Origin: an uncultured Streptomyces sp. | Lineage (GTDB): Bacteria > Pseudomonadota > Gammaproteobacteria > Burkholderiales > SG8-41 | NCBI GenBank assembly: GCA_964510405.1 | Contig: CAZEAX010000001.1 | Span: forward strand, 1-48,135 | DNA length: 48,135 nucleotides | Direction: 5' to 3' | Shown: piece by piece, positions 16,788 to 26,080 of the stretch | Layout of the letters: every line of letters begins with the position of its first letter | Numbering within the stretch: the first letter of the stretch is position 1 | Made by a program: the position numbers and the translations under genes | Notes under the pieces: model-generated | Seen by the model: only the letters and a program-made list of their open reading frames with translations | Database searches by the model: none | What the model was told of the DNA's origin: nothing

Positions 16788-17840
16788 TCAACGCCCCGCC
16801 GGCAACGGCGGCAGGTCGCTGAAGTACTCCGGATTGGATTTTTGCGCGTCGGCCATGAACGAGGCGGCGAACTGGTCCGGCACGTTCAGGCGCGCGGCGC
16901 CTTTGAGCGTATTGCTGAGCACGTCGTCTTCGGCCGCCTCGAATGCCTGGATCACCGCGGCCGAAACGCGCGGATCGTAGCTGATGTGCTGGATCGCTTT
17001 TTTACCGACCGCCGGATCGAGCCCGGGCACCCATTTCGCGAAAATCTCGACCGCTTCGTCGCGGTGCTGGCGCGTATATTGCGAGGCCGCGGCAAGACCG
17101 GCCACGAATTTCCGCACGACGTCCGGGCTCGTTTTCAACGTAGGCTCGTGCGTGGTGGCCACCATGATGTACGACATGTGGCCGCCGCCGCGCACGACGA
17201 CGTAGGATTCCGCCGCCTGGTCGAGCACCATGGTATTGAACGGCTCCCAGCACACCGACGCGTCGGCCTTGCCTTCTTTCAAGAGCGTCGCGAGTTGCGT
17301 CTGGCTACCGTTGCCGATGTCGATGATCTCGACGTCTTCGTACTTCATGTTGCGGCGCGCGAGGACCATCTTGAGGTATTCGTCGGAGGTTTGTCCCCTA
17401 GACAGCGCGATACGCTTGCCTTTCAGGTCCTCGATATTGCCCGCGCGGATGCCGGACCCCTTGCGCGCGACGATCGCGAGCGGCTCGTCCGCGTTCGCGC
17501 GCGTCGCGTCGCTCTGGATGACGCCGATCACGCGGAACGGGTCGCCGCCGTGGCGCGCTTTCAGAAAGGTGGTCACGCTCATGTCGCCCATCTGAACTTC
17601 GTTCTTCTGCATCGAGGTCACCATCTGCGATCCGATGTTGACGACCTTCAACTTGACGTCGACGCCGTGTTTCCTGAAGAGACCCTTCTCGACGCCGACG
17701 AACATCGGCAGATGGCCGAAATTATTGCCCACCACGACTTCCATGACGGGCATGCTCTGCGCCGACGCGGCACCGGCACCCCATGGTGAAACTGCCGAGA
17801 GCAGAACGGCAAAGAGCCACTTGCAACGGTCGTATCTCAT
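16788..17840 (-). CDS. ABC-type (NitT/TauT, NMT1/THI5-like) periplasmic substrate-binding protein
   Basis: 350 aa with a signal peptide and an SsuA/NMT1-like layout (LPMFVGVEKGLFRKHGVDVKLKVV, DLKGKRIALSRGQTSDEY). No permease or ATPase gene is adjacent. Confidence 0.8.
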   Translation of the reverse strand: MRYDRCKWLFAVLLSAVSPWGAGAASAQSMPVMEVVVGNNFGHLPMFVGVEKGLFRKHGVDVKLKVVNIGSQMVTSMQKNEVQMGDMSVTTFLKARHGGDPFRVIGVIQSDATRANADEPLAIVARKGSGIRAGNIEDLKGKRIALSRGQTSDEYLKMVLARRNMKYEDVEIIDIGNGSQTQLATLLKEGKADASVCWEPFNTMVLDQAAESYVVVRGGGHMSYIMVATTHEPTLKTSPDVVRKFVAGLAAASQYTRQHRDEAVEIFAKWVPGLDPAVGKKAIQHISYDPRVSAAVIQAFEAAEDDVLSNTLKGAARLNVPDQFAASFMADAQKSNPEYFSDLPPLPAGR

Positions 17841-17878
17841 GATGCTGCCTCCCCTGGTTATGACCCACTGCGTTACGA

Positions 17879-18406
17879 TTATTTTTGCGGTTCGAATTTC
17901 GTCATCAGGTCGAAGCCCAGCGCGCCGCGCGCGATGCCGATGCGCACCTGCTTCTCGCTTTTCAGCGCGTCCGCGGCCTCTTTCGAAATCAGGTAGCGCT
18001 GGAAACGGCCGTCGGACATTTTCACCGTGACGTGCCAGCGGTCGGCTTTACCCTCGTCGAGGGATTCGATGTTCGTCGTAATCGAGCGCTCAGGCGGCGC
18101 GGCGAACGTGCGGTTTATATAGGAGACCGATACCGTCGTCAGCAGTCCCATGACGAGCGCCGCGAGCCACGGTTGCCGGTACGAGCCGGTAAACTTGAGC
18201 GACGGTGCGACGCCGAACGTGAACGACCAGCATGCAAATCCGAGCAGAGTGCCCACGAAGAACGCGCCCGCGAAAAAAGGCCAGCCGTCGATCACGTTGT
18301 CGAAGTGCGGTCCTTCGCGCACCATCAGGACCCCGGCAATGAACAGCGCCGCGAGCAGCAGGCTGTTCAACGCTTTGTCTTCGCGCTGAAGCGCGGTCTC
18401 GCTCAT
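17879..18406 (-). CDS. hypothetical membrane protein (3 predicted TM helices plus a soluble C-terminal domain)
   Basis: Internal ATG at 18406 forms an ATGA overlap with the metC-like stop (18403..18405). The hydrophobic helices are LLLAALFIAGVLMV, FFAGAFFVGTLLGFACWSF and WLAALVMGLLTTVSVSY. Confidence 0.6.
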   Translation of the reverse strand: MSETALQREDKALNSLLLAALFIAGVLMVREGPHFDNVIDGWPFFAGAFFVGTLLGFACWSFTFGVAPSLKFTGSYRQPWLAALVMGLLTTVSVSYINRTFAAPPERSITTNIESLDEGKADRWHVTVKMSDGRFQRYLISKEAADALKSEKQVRIGIARGALGFDLMTKFEPQK

Positions 18407-19581
18407 GCGTTCAGTCGTGCGAAGCCGCGCTCGAGATCGGCGATCAGATCGGCGGTGTCTTCGAGCCCGATATGCAGGCGGATCAGCGGCCCGCCGGGAC
18501 TCCATTTCGTGGCCGTGCGGCCCTTGGCCGGGTTCGCGCGGATGCACAGGCTTTCGAAGCCGCCCCAGCTCGAGCCGATGCCGAAGAGTTTCAGTTCGTC
18601 GATCATGTCGGCGACCGCGTCATCGGGGACCGGTTTCAAAATCACGCCGAACAGCGACGCGGCGCCGGTGAAGTCGCGCTTCCACAGCGCGTGACCGGGG
18701 TCGCTCTCCAGCGCCGGATACAGCACGCGCAACACTTCCGGCCGCGCCTGCAGCCAGCGCGCGACGGTCAGCGCGCTCTGCTGCTGATGGCGCATGCGGA
18801 CACCTATCGTGCGCAATCCGCGGAGCGCCAGGTAGCAGTCGTCGGGGCTCACGCAAAAACCGTAATCGGCGACCGCGTGCCGCACCGGCAGCCAGTATTT
18901 CTCGTTGGTGACGACGAGTCCCATCAGCGCGTCGGAGTGGCCGACGATGTACTTGGTGCCGGCGTGGATCGACACGTCGACGCCGTGCTCGAACGAGCGG
19001 AAAAAATACGGCGTGCCCCAGGTATTGTCGGCGAGCACCGGAACGTTCTTCGCGTGCGCGGCGGCGGCGATCGCGGGCAGGTCCTGCATCTCGAACGTGA
19101 GCGAGCCGGGAGCTTCGCAATAGATTGCGGTGGTGTTGGGCCGGATCAGTTTCGCAATGGTGCCGCCCATCAGCGGATCGAAATACTCGATTTCGACGCC
19201 GAACGGCTTTAAACGCTTTTCGCAGAAGTTGCGCGCCGGCCCGTAGACCGAGTCGACCATCAGCAGATGCGCGCCTTGTCTGGCGAAGGGCGCGAGTGCG
19301 GCGACGATCGCGGCGAGGCCCGACGGCAACGCAACCGCGGCATGGCCGCCTTCGAGTTGCGCGATCGCCTCTTCGAGCGCGAACGTGGTCGGCGTGCCGT
19401 GGATGCCGTAACGCATCGTCTTGAAATTGTCGGGGTCGCGGTGCTCGTACGATTCGACGTCGGGAAACAGCACGGTCGAGCCGCGGAACACCGGCGTGTT
19501 GACGAGTCCGGCGTAGCGTTGCGGGTCGCGTCCGGCGTGCGTGGTGAGCGTGTCGCGGCGCATGTTTTTTTTGTCGATCAT
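18403..19581 (-). CDS. metC: cystathionine beta-lyase-like PLP enzyme (Cys/Met metabolism family)
   Basis: 392 aa. Motifs include THAGRDP, NTPVFRGSTV and the PLP-lysine context SIHAGTKYIVGHSDALMG. Confidence 0.88.
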   Translation of the reverse strand: MIDKKNMRRDTLTTHAGRDPQRYAGLVNTPVFRGSTVLFPDVESYEHRDPDNFKTMRYGIHGTPTTFALEEAIAQLEGGHAAVALPSGLAAIVAALAPFARQGAHLLMVDSVYGPARNFCEKRLKPFGVEIEYFDPLMGGTIAKLIRPNTTAIYCEAPGSLTFEMQDLPAIAAAAHAKNVPVLADNTWGTPYFFRSFEHGVDVSIHAGTKYIVGHSDALMGLVVTNEKYWLPVRHAVADYGFCVSPDDCYLALRGLRTIGVRMRHQQQSALTVARWLQARPEVLRVLYPALESDPGHALWKRDFTGAASLFGVILKPVPDDAVADMIDELKLFGIGSSWGGFESLCIRANPAKGRTATKWSPGGPLIRLHIGLEDTADLIADLERGFARLNA

Positions 19582-19599
19582 AGGAGCTTTCGCTGAAAT

Positions 19600-20559
19600 T
19601 TACTCGGCCTGGATATTGGCGGCTTTCACCACTTCGGCCCATTTTTTGAGTTCGGAATCGAGGACCTTTTTGAATTCGCCGGGCGTAGACGGAATGGCTT
19701 CAAGCGAAAGCGCGGCGAGCCGTTCCCGCACCTGCGGTTGGTTGACCGCCTTCACAATCTCGCGGTTGAGCATCGCGATGATCGCCTGCGGCACGCCGGC
19801 CGGCGCCAGCACGCCGTTCCAGTTTTCGCCTTCGACGCCTTTGACGCCGGCTTCGGCCATGGTCGGTACATCGGGTATCGCCGCGGAGCGTTTTTTTCCG
19901 GCAATCGCGAGTCCGCGCAGGCGTCCGGATTGAATATGCGGCACAGCGGCGGGCATGGTGCTGATCGCGGATTGCACCTGGCCGGCGACCGTGTCCGCGA
20001 CGGCGGGGCCGGTGCCCTTGTAAGGCACGGGATTTAGCTTGATGCCGGCGCGCAATTGAAAAAGCTCGCCGACCACGTGCGTCGTCGCGCCGACGCCGCC
20101 GTGGCCGAGCGTGATTTTGCCCGGCTGAGCTTTGGCGAGCGCGATGAATTCCGCGAGGTTCACAGCCGGCACCGACGGATGCATGACGAGAATCGCCGGC
20201 GAAGTCGCGACCATGGATACCGGCACGAAATCCCTGGCGAGATCGTAGCCGACATTCTTGCTGACCGCGGGATTGATCGTGACCGGCAGGTCCGTGAACA
20301 GCAGCGTGTAGCCGTCGGGCTGTGCGTGCGCGGCGAGCTGGGTGCCGAGCATGCTCGCGGCGCCCGGCCGCGTGTCGATGACGATGGTGGTGCCGAGGTA
20401 TTCACCGAGCTTCTGGCCGAGGATGCGCGCGGAGATTTCGGAGCCGCCGCCCGGCGCCCACGGTACTATCATGCGGATCGGGCGATTTGGGTAGTCGCTG
20501 GCGAGTGCTGCACCCGCGGTCAACGCGCAGGCGATCGATATGGTTCGGCAAATTTTCAT
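19600..20559 (-). CDS. TctC/Bug-family substrate-binding protein
   Basis: Signal peptide, then SDYPNRPIRMIVPWAPGGGSE, PDGYTLLF and PVPYKGTGPAV. Its start overlaps the upstream stop (ATGA at 20556..20559). Confidence 0.9.
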   Translation of the reverse strand: MKICRTISIACALTAGAALASDYPNRPIRMIVPWAPGGGSEISARILGQKLGEYLGTTIVIDTRPGAASMLGTQLAAHAQPDGYTLLFTDLPVTINPAVSKNVGYDLARDFVPVSMVATSPAILVMHPSVPAVNLAEFIALAKAQPGKITLGHGGVGATTHVVGELFQLRAGIKLNPVPYKGTGPAVADTVAGQVQSAISTMPAAVPHIQSGRLRGLAIAGKKRSAAIPDVPTMAEAGVKGVEGENWNGVLAPAGVPQAIIAMLNREIVKAVNQPQVRERLAALSLEAIPSTPGEFKKVLDSELKKWAEVVKAANIQAE

Positions 20560-21488
20560 TGCGGCCTCTGCGCAAAAAGCAGCATGCCTTCCAGCATCAC
20601 GTTCGCCGCGAGCAGCGCCGACATGCCGCCGACGTCATGCGGCGGGCTGATCGTATTGACGTCCACCGCCACGATATTGAGGCCGCCGATGCCGCGCAGT
20701 ATCGCGAGCCCTTCGCGCGCCGAGAGCCCGCCCCATGACGGCGCGCATACGCCCGGCGCGCACGAAGGGTCGAACACGTCCATGTCGAAGCAAAGGTACA
20801 CCGGCCGGCTGCCGCATCTTGCGCGGATGCGCGCCACGAGGCCCGCGATGCCAATCGATTCGATCTCGCGCATCAGTATCGTTTCGTAACCGAGCTTGTC
20901 CGAGTGCTCGAGGCTGCCCTGCATGCGAAACGTGCCGCGGATTCCTGCGTGCAATGAATGCGCGACGTCGACGAGGCCCTCCTGCGCCGCGCGCGTGAAC
21001 GCGGTGCCGGTGTCGTGTCCCGTTTCGGGAAACGGATTGCTGTCCGCGTGCGAGTCGAGATGCAGCGCGACGAGGTCGGGAAACTTGCGATGCGCCGCGC
21101 GGATCTGCGGCAGCGTGCCCGCGCCGTCGCCGCCCATCGTCAGCGGCAGCGCGCCGCTTGCATATACCGCATCGAGCACGCATTCGATTTTCGCGAACGC
21201 GTCTTCGATCTGGCCGGGCACGACGTCGACGTCGCCCCAGTCGGCGACCTGCAATCTCGCGAGCGGATCGAAATCGAAATCGGGCGGATTGAACGGACGC
21301 AGCAACTGCGACTGTTCGCGTATCGCGGACGGGCCCAGTCGCGCGCCGACCCGGAGCGGATGCGCGCCGCAATCGAACGGTATGCCGACTATGCCGACGC
21401 GCGATGCCGTGCGCTCCTGCGGACCGGGTGCGCGCATGAACGGCAGCGTGCGGCGCAACGGCAGATCGGCAATATCAACGCGCGGCAA
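20556..21488 (-). CDS. arginase/agmatinase/formiminoglutamase-fold (ureohydrolase family) protein, atypical metal motif
   Basis: Ureohydrolase motifs are LHLDSHADS (DxHxD), CFDMDVFDP (DxDxxDP) and VDVNTISPPHD. The first motif reads MGGDGAG instead of GGDHS. Confidence 0.8.
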   Translation of the reverse strand: MPRVDIADLPLRRTLPFMRAPGPQERTASRVGIVGIPFDCGAHPLRVGARLGPSAIREQSQLLRPFNPPDFDFDPLARLQVADWGDVDVVPGQIEDAFAKIECVLDAVYASGALPLTMGGDGAGTLPQIRAAHRKFPDLVALHLDSHADSNPFPETGHDTGTAFTRAAQEGLVDVAHSLHAGIRGTFRMQGSLEHSDKLGYETILMREIESIGIAGLVARIRARCGSRPVYLCFDMDVFDPSCAPGVCAPSWGGLSAREGLAILRGIGGLNIVAVDVNTISPPHDVGGMSALLAANVMLEGMLLFAQRPQ

Positions 21489-21576
21489 GCAGGGTCTCCC
21501 GGAGAATGAATACGGACGGCGGCGGGCGAAAAACTACTGCGGCAAATATACCATGCTGCGGCGGCGGCCCGGACGC

Positions 21577-22770
21577 CTAGACGACCTTGGCGCGCAGCAA
21601 GGCGAGTACTTTTTCAACTTCGTTCTGCGTGTTGTAGAAATGGAACGCGAAACGCAGACGGCCGTGGCGGATCGACGCCTTCACGCGGTTTTCGAGCAGG
21701 CTCGCATGCAGCTTTTGCAGCAGCGCCTCGGTTGCCGCGTCGGCGCCGGGCTTGCCGACGATCACGACCTGGGAGAAATGCCGGTCGACCTTGCCGCTCA
21801 TGACCGGCAGGCCCGCCTTCAACAAGCCGGCGGTGAATGCGCGCGCGAGCGCCAGGACATGTTGCTCGATGGCCGGCACGCCGACGCCGGCAATCAGGTC
21901 GAGCGAGACGTCGACCGCGTTGGCGCCCGCATAGTTATAGCTGCCGATTTCGAAGCGCCGCGCGGCGGGCATGAGTTTGTACTGGTCGCCGCCTTTTTCG
22001 CCTTCGTGCGCGTCGCCCAGATCGATGCCGTAGCGCGCGAGGTTGCCCGGCTGCATGCGCTCGGCGCGTTCGCGTCTTACATACAGGAAGCCGAAGCCAT
22101 AAGGGCCGCACAAGTACTTGGACGCGCCGACCGTCATCGCGTCGAGCGGCGTTTTTTTCACGTTGAGTTCGAGCGCGCCGACCGATTGCGCGCCGTCGAC
22201 CAGCAGCACGACGTCGCGCGCGCGGCACAGCGTGGCGAGCGCGTCGAGATCCGTGCGCGCGCCGGTCGTGTACGTGACGGTCGACGCGATGACCATGCGC
22301 GTTTTGTCATCGATCGTGCTGGCAATCGCATCGATCGGCGTGGCGAAATCGGCGGTCGCCGGCACCGTGCGCACTTCGATGCCGTGGCGGTCGCGCATGT
22401 TGTAAAGCGCGTAGATGCTGTTCGGATGTTCGATGTCCGTGCATAAAACGGCGTTGTCGCCGCGCCGCCACGGCAATGACGTCACGATCGCATTGATGCC
22501 TTCCGACACGTTCTTGACGATGGCGATCTCGTCGGCCTCGGCGCCGATCAGGCGCGCGAACTTGCCGCGCACGCGCTCCAGCACGTCGAGCATGGTCGCC
22601 TTGCTGCCGCCTTCGAGTATGCGGTCGTCAAGGTAGCGCGCCACCGCCTCGCGTGCGCCGGCCGGCATCAGGCCGCGCGCGGACGTCTCGAAATAAATCC
22701 ACTTGTCGGTGCCCGGAAATTCGCGGCGTATCGCGGCGAGCGGCTGGGGCGGGGCGGACAGGTCGTTCAT
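21577..22770 (-). CDS. class-V aminotransferase-fold PLP enzyme (cysteine desulfurase/epimerase-like)
   Basis: 397 aa. Motifs include IYFETSARG, VLLVDGAQSVG and the PLP-lysine context VGASKYLCGPYGFGFLYV. Confidence 0.88.
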   Translation of the reverse strand: MNDLSAPPQPLAAIRREFPGTDKWIYFETSARGLMPAGAREAVARYLDDRILEGGSKATMLDVLERVRGKFARLIGAEADEIAIVKNVSEGINAIVTSLPWRRGDNAVLCTDIEHPNSIYALYNMRDRHGIEVRTVPATADFATPIDAIASTIDDKTRMVIASTVTYTTGARTDLDALATLCRARDVVLLVDGAQSVGALELNVKKTPLDAMTVGASKYLCGPYGFGFLYVRRERAERMQPGNLARYGIDLGDAHEGEKGGDQYKLMPAARRFEIGSYNYAGANAVDVSLDLIAGVGVPAIEQHVLALARAFTAGLLKAGLPVMSGKVDRHFSQVVIVGKPGADAATEALLQKLHASLLENRVKASIRHGRLRFAFHFYNTQNEVEKVLALLRAKVV

Positions 22771-22781
22771 GTAAGGCGCTC

Positions 22782-23738
22782 TTAATTCAGTTTGATGTCG
22801 GCGGCTTTGACGACTTTGGCCCAGCGTTCGTAGTCTTCGCGGATGAACTGGCCGAGCTCGTCGGGCGACATCGGTGCGGGAATGAGGCCCTGCGCCATCA
22901 ATTTTTCGCGCACGTCGGGCGAGTTCAGCGCTTTGACTGCGTCGGCGTTGAGGCGTGCGACGAGTTCTTTCGGCGTGCCGGCGGGCGCCATCAGCGGATA
23001 CCAGTTGAGCACGTCGAAGCCGGGCAGCCCGGATTCGTCCACGGTCGGCACGCTCGCCAGCGGCGGATAACGCTTCCTGCCGGACACGCCGAGGACTTTG
23101 AGCCGGCCCGCCTGCAATTGCGGCAGCACCGAGGGATCGGAGAACGTGAGGTCCGCGTGGCCGCCCATGATGTCGGCGATCGCGGGCGCCGTGCCTTTGT
23201 ACGGAATGTGAATCATGTGGATGCCGGCCATCACGTTGAAGAGTTCGCCGGCGAGATGCTGGCCGGTGCCGGCGCCGCCGGACGCCATGTTGAGTTTGCC
23301 GGGATTGGCTTTCGCGAGCTTGATCAGCTCGGCGGCGTTTTTCGCGGGCACCGAAGGATGCGCGACGATGATGTACGGCATGGTCACGAGCATCGTGATC
23401 GGCGCGAGATCCTTGAGCGGGTTGTAGCCGAGCTTCGGAAACAGCAGCGGCGCGACCGCGACCGAGCCCGGTCCCGCGACGAGCAGCGTGTAGCCGTCGG
23501 GCGCGGACTTTGCGACGTGTTCGGCGCCGATGGTGCCGGCCGCGCCCGCGCGGTTGTCGATCACGACCTGCTGGCCCAGATATTCGGTGAGTTTCTGGCC
23601 GACCGTGCGCGCGGTGAGATCGACGCCGCCGCCGGCGGGAAACGGCACCACGATGCGCACGGGTTTGTTCGGATAACCCTGCGCGCCGGCCGCCAGGGCG
23701 TACGCGATGCTCAGTGCCGCGATGAGGAGTTTCGTCAT
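22782..23738 (-). CDS. TctC/Bug-family substrate-binding protein
   Basis: Internal ATG 23738. Signal peptide MTKLLIAALSIAYALAAGAQGYPNKPVRIVVPFPAGGGVD, then DNRAGAAGTIGAEHVAKSAPDGYTLLV and HIPYKGTAPAI. Confidence 0.9.
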   Translation of the reverse strand: MTKLLIAALSIAYALAAGAQGYPNKPVRIVVPFPAGGGVDLTARTVGQKLTEYLGQQVVIDNRAGAAGTIGAEHVAKSAPDGYTLLVAGPGSVAVAPLLFPKLGYNPLKDLAPITMLVTMPYIIVAHPSVPAKNAAELIKLAKANPGKLNMASGGAGTGQHLAGELFNVMAGIHMIHIPYKGTAPAIADIMGGHADLTFSDPSVLPQLQAGRLKVLGVSGRKRYPPLASVPTVDESGLPGFDVLNWYPLMAPAGTPKELVARLNADAVKALNSPDVREKLMAQGLIPAPMSPDELGQFIREDYERWAKVVKAADIKLN

Positions 23739-23760
23739 GGTGAATGAATAATACCTCACG

Positions 23761-24954
23761 CTACGTGTGCTCCTTCTGCAGAAAGAAATCGCCCGACAGC
23801 TCGGTGCCGAGGCCCATGCGGCGCGCATTTCCGAGTATCCGGGCGCCGGCAGCGGCGAACTGCATGCCGCAGCCGTTGTTGTTCAGGTGGTGCGTGATTT
23901 CGTCCGCGCTATTGCGTCCTGTCGCGCGCCCGTTCAGGAGGTCTCCCAGCTCGACATAGGAGTCCCAGTCGAATTCCTGCGCCTTCTGGTTGATCAGTTG
24001 GCCGAAGGTCGCGCCGCGTTTTTTTTCACCCATCACGAAATTCTGCACGAAATCGCTGGTGTCGCCGAACGGCTTCAGGCTGACCACGATCTGGCGGCTC
24101 GATTTGAACGTGCGCACATCGTCTTCCAGCAGCGTGCCGATGCCCAGGTGCATGCCGGGCAGAAGCCACTCGGCGTCGTATACGGGCTCGTACGAACTCG
24201 TCGCGGCAAGCACGATGTCGGCGTTCTCGAACGCGCGTTGTGCGGAATCGACTGCGATGACCTCGACGCCGATGCGCTCGCTCATCGTGCGCGCAAACCG
24301 TTCGCGGTTTGCCTGCGTAGGACTGTAGATGCGCACGCGCCTCAACTTCATGATCGCGGCCGTGCATTCGAGCGCGGCTTCGGCCTGTGCACCGCTGCCG
24401 AGCACGCCGACCGTTTCGGACTCCGGGCGCGCAAGCAGTTTCACGCCGAGTGCCGTGGTACCGCCGACGCGCATTTTCTGGATGTGCGAATCGGGCAGCA
24501 TGCCGAGCACTTCGCCGGTCTCGAGCGACAGCAGCACGATCATGCTCATGAACTGCCAGCCGGGCGCCAGCGGCAGCTTCACGCGGCGCAATACGCCGGC
24601 GATTTCGGGTTGCGTATCGAAGTGCGTCGAGATGCGCACCGCCATCATGCCGCACGCGGGCAATCCGCCGGTCACGGTTTTCAGGCGATAGACGACGTCG
24701 CCCGCTTTCTTGGCGGCCTCTATCGTCGGCGCGGCGTAGACGGGATCGGCGTCCAGCGGCAGCGCGTCGATGCGCGCCGCCGTCGCGCGCTTGATGTCCG
24801 GCGTGTAGCCGTCGAACGGCACGCACGTGTCGACGCGCAGCGAATTGACGGCGCGGCCGGCGCCGAGTTCGCGAAACGCCTGCTCCATCGTTTCGACGTA
24901 TTCGTCCGCGCGCATGGCGGCGGCGACTTCGCGGTTGTCGAGCAGAAGAGGCAT
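23761..24954 (-). CDS. ornithine cyclodeaminase/mu-crystallin family protein (long form)
   Basis: Internal ATG 24954. The Rossmann segment is VGVLGSGAQAEAALE, with an OCD-like N-terminus (MPLLLDNREVAAAM). It is about 397 aa, longer than typical family members. Confidence 0.8.
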   Translation of the reverse strand: MPLLLDNREVAAAMRADEYVETMEQAFRELGAGRAVNSLRVDTCVPFDGYTPDIKRATAARIDALPLDADPVYAAPTIEAAKKAGDVVYRLKTVTGGLPACGMMAVRISTHFDTQPEIAGVLRRVKLPLAPGWQFMSMIVLLSLETGEVLGMLPDSHIQKMRVGGTTALGVKLLARPESETVGVLGSGAQAEAALECTAAIMKLRRVRIYSPTQANRERFARTMSERIGVEVIAVDSAQRAFENADIVLAATSSYEPVYDAEWLLPGMHLGIGTLLEDDVRTFKSSRQIVVSLKPFGDTSDFVQNFVMGEKKRGATFGQLINQKAQEFDWDSYVELGDLLNGRATGRNSADEITHHLNNNGCGMQFAAAGARILGNARRMGLGTELSGDFFLQKEHT

Positions 24955-25077
24955 AACGGAATTGAAAACCGGCAGGAGGAAAATCTGCGTTGCATCATAT
25001 CGACCGCCGCGCGCGGGTGTCAAACGCGGCGGATGCGCGATGCTATACTCGATTCATCAATTTTCAGAGCGCTCGCC

Positions 25078-26061
25078 ATGCGGATACGCACGTTATTTTT
25101 TGCCGCACTCGCGCTCGGCGTCATCATCGGCGCGAACGAATCGCGCGCGCAGCCGTGGAAGCCCGCGCGCGGCATTGAAATCATCGTCGGTTCCGCGCCG
25201 GGCGGCGGCGCCGATTTGACCGGCCGGCTTATGCAGAAGCTGTTCCAGGAAAAGCTGATCGCCGACGTCGCAAGCAGCGTCGTCAACAAGACGGGCGGCG
25301 GCAGCACGCTGAGTTTCGTCTATCTGAACCAGCATCCGGGCGACGCGCATTACATCGCGCTGACGCTGCAGCCGATGATCACCGGGCCGTTGATGATCGC
25401 GGGCCAGATCAGTTACACGGAGATGACTCCGCTCGCGCACCTGATCAACGAGTACGTCGGTTTCGCGGTGCGGCCCGACGGCGCCATCAAATCCGGCCGC
25501 GACGTGCTCGAGCGGCTGAAGAAAGACCCTGCTTCGCTCACGATCGCGTTGTCCACCGCGCTCGCGGGCTCCAACCATCTGGCGACGGTGCTCGCGCTCA
25601 AGGCCGCGGGTGTCGACATCAAGCGCCTGCGCGTGATCGTGGTGAAAGGCGCGGGTGATGCGATTACCGGCGTGATGGGCGGCCACTACGATATCGCCGC
25701 CGCGAGCGCGGCGAGCCTCATTCCATTTCTGGAATCCGGCAAGCTGCGTGGCATCGCGGTGTCGGGGCCCAAGCGGCTGCACGGCGCGTTTGCAAACGTG
25801 CCGACGTGGAAAGAGCAGGGGGTCGATTCCGTATATGCGAACTGGCGCGGCGTCGTCGGCCCCAGGGGCCTGACCGCGCCGCAGATTGCATACTGGGACG
25901 GCGTGTTCGCGCAGCTCGCGCAACTGCCGGAATGGCGCGACGAGCTCGCGCGCCTGTTGCAGGACCCTGTTTATCTCAACAGCCGCGAAACGAAAAGTTA
26001 TCTCGATTCGCAGCACCAGGAATTGCGCGCCGTGCTGGTCGATCTGGGCCTGGCGAAATAG
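25078..26061 (+). CDS. TctC-family substrate-binding protein (divergent subgroup)
   Basis: Only the last third of ORF 23767..26061 is coding. ATG at 25078, then signal peptide MRIRTLFFAALALGVIIGANESRAQ. It continues PWKPARGIEIIVGSAPGGGADLTGR and has a TctC-like C-terminus. Confidence 0.82.
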   Translation: MRIRTLFFAALALGVIIGANESRAQPWKPARGIEIIVGSAPGGGADLTGRLMQKLFQEKLIADVASSVVNKTGGGSTLSFVYLNQHPGDAHYIALTLQPMITGPLMIAGQISYTEMTPLAHLINEYVGFAVRPDGAIKSGRDVLERLKKDPASLTIALSTALAGSNHLATVLALKAAGVDIKRLRVIVVKGAGDAITGVMGGHYDIAAASAASLIPFLESGKLRGIAVSGPKRLHGAFANVPTWKEQGVDSVYANWRGVVGPRGLTAPQIAYWDGVFAQLAQLPEWRDELARLLQDPVYLNSRETKSYLDSQHQELRAVLVDLGLAK

Positions 26062-26080
26062 CCGCTCTTACGGCCGCCGA

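Noticed and set aside
23767-25077. The N-terminal two-thirds of the 764-aa ORF 23767..26061 (+).
   Set aside because: It is antisense to the well-supported OCD-like gene and Arg/His-rich. TctC homology and a signal peptide begin only at ATG 25078.
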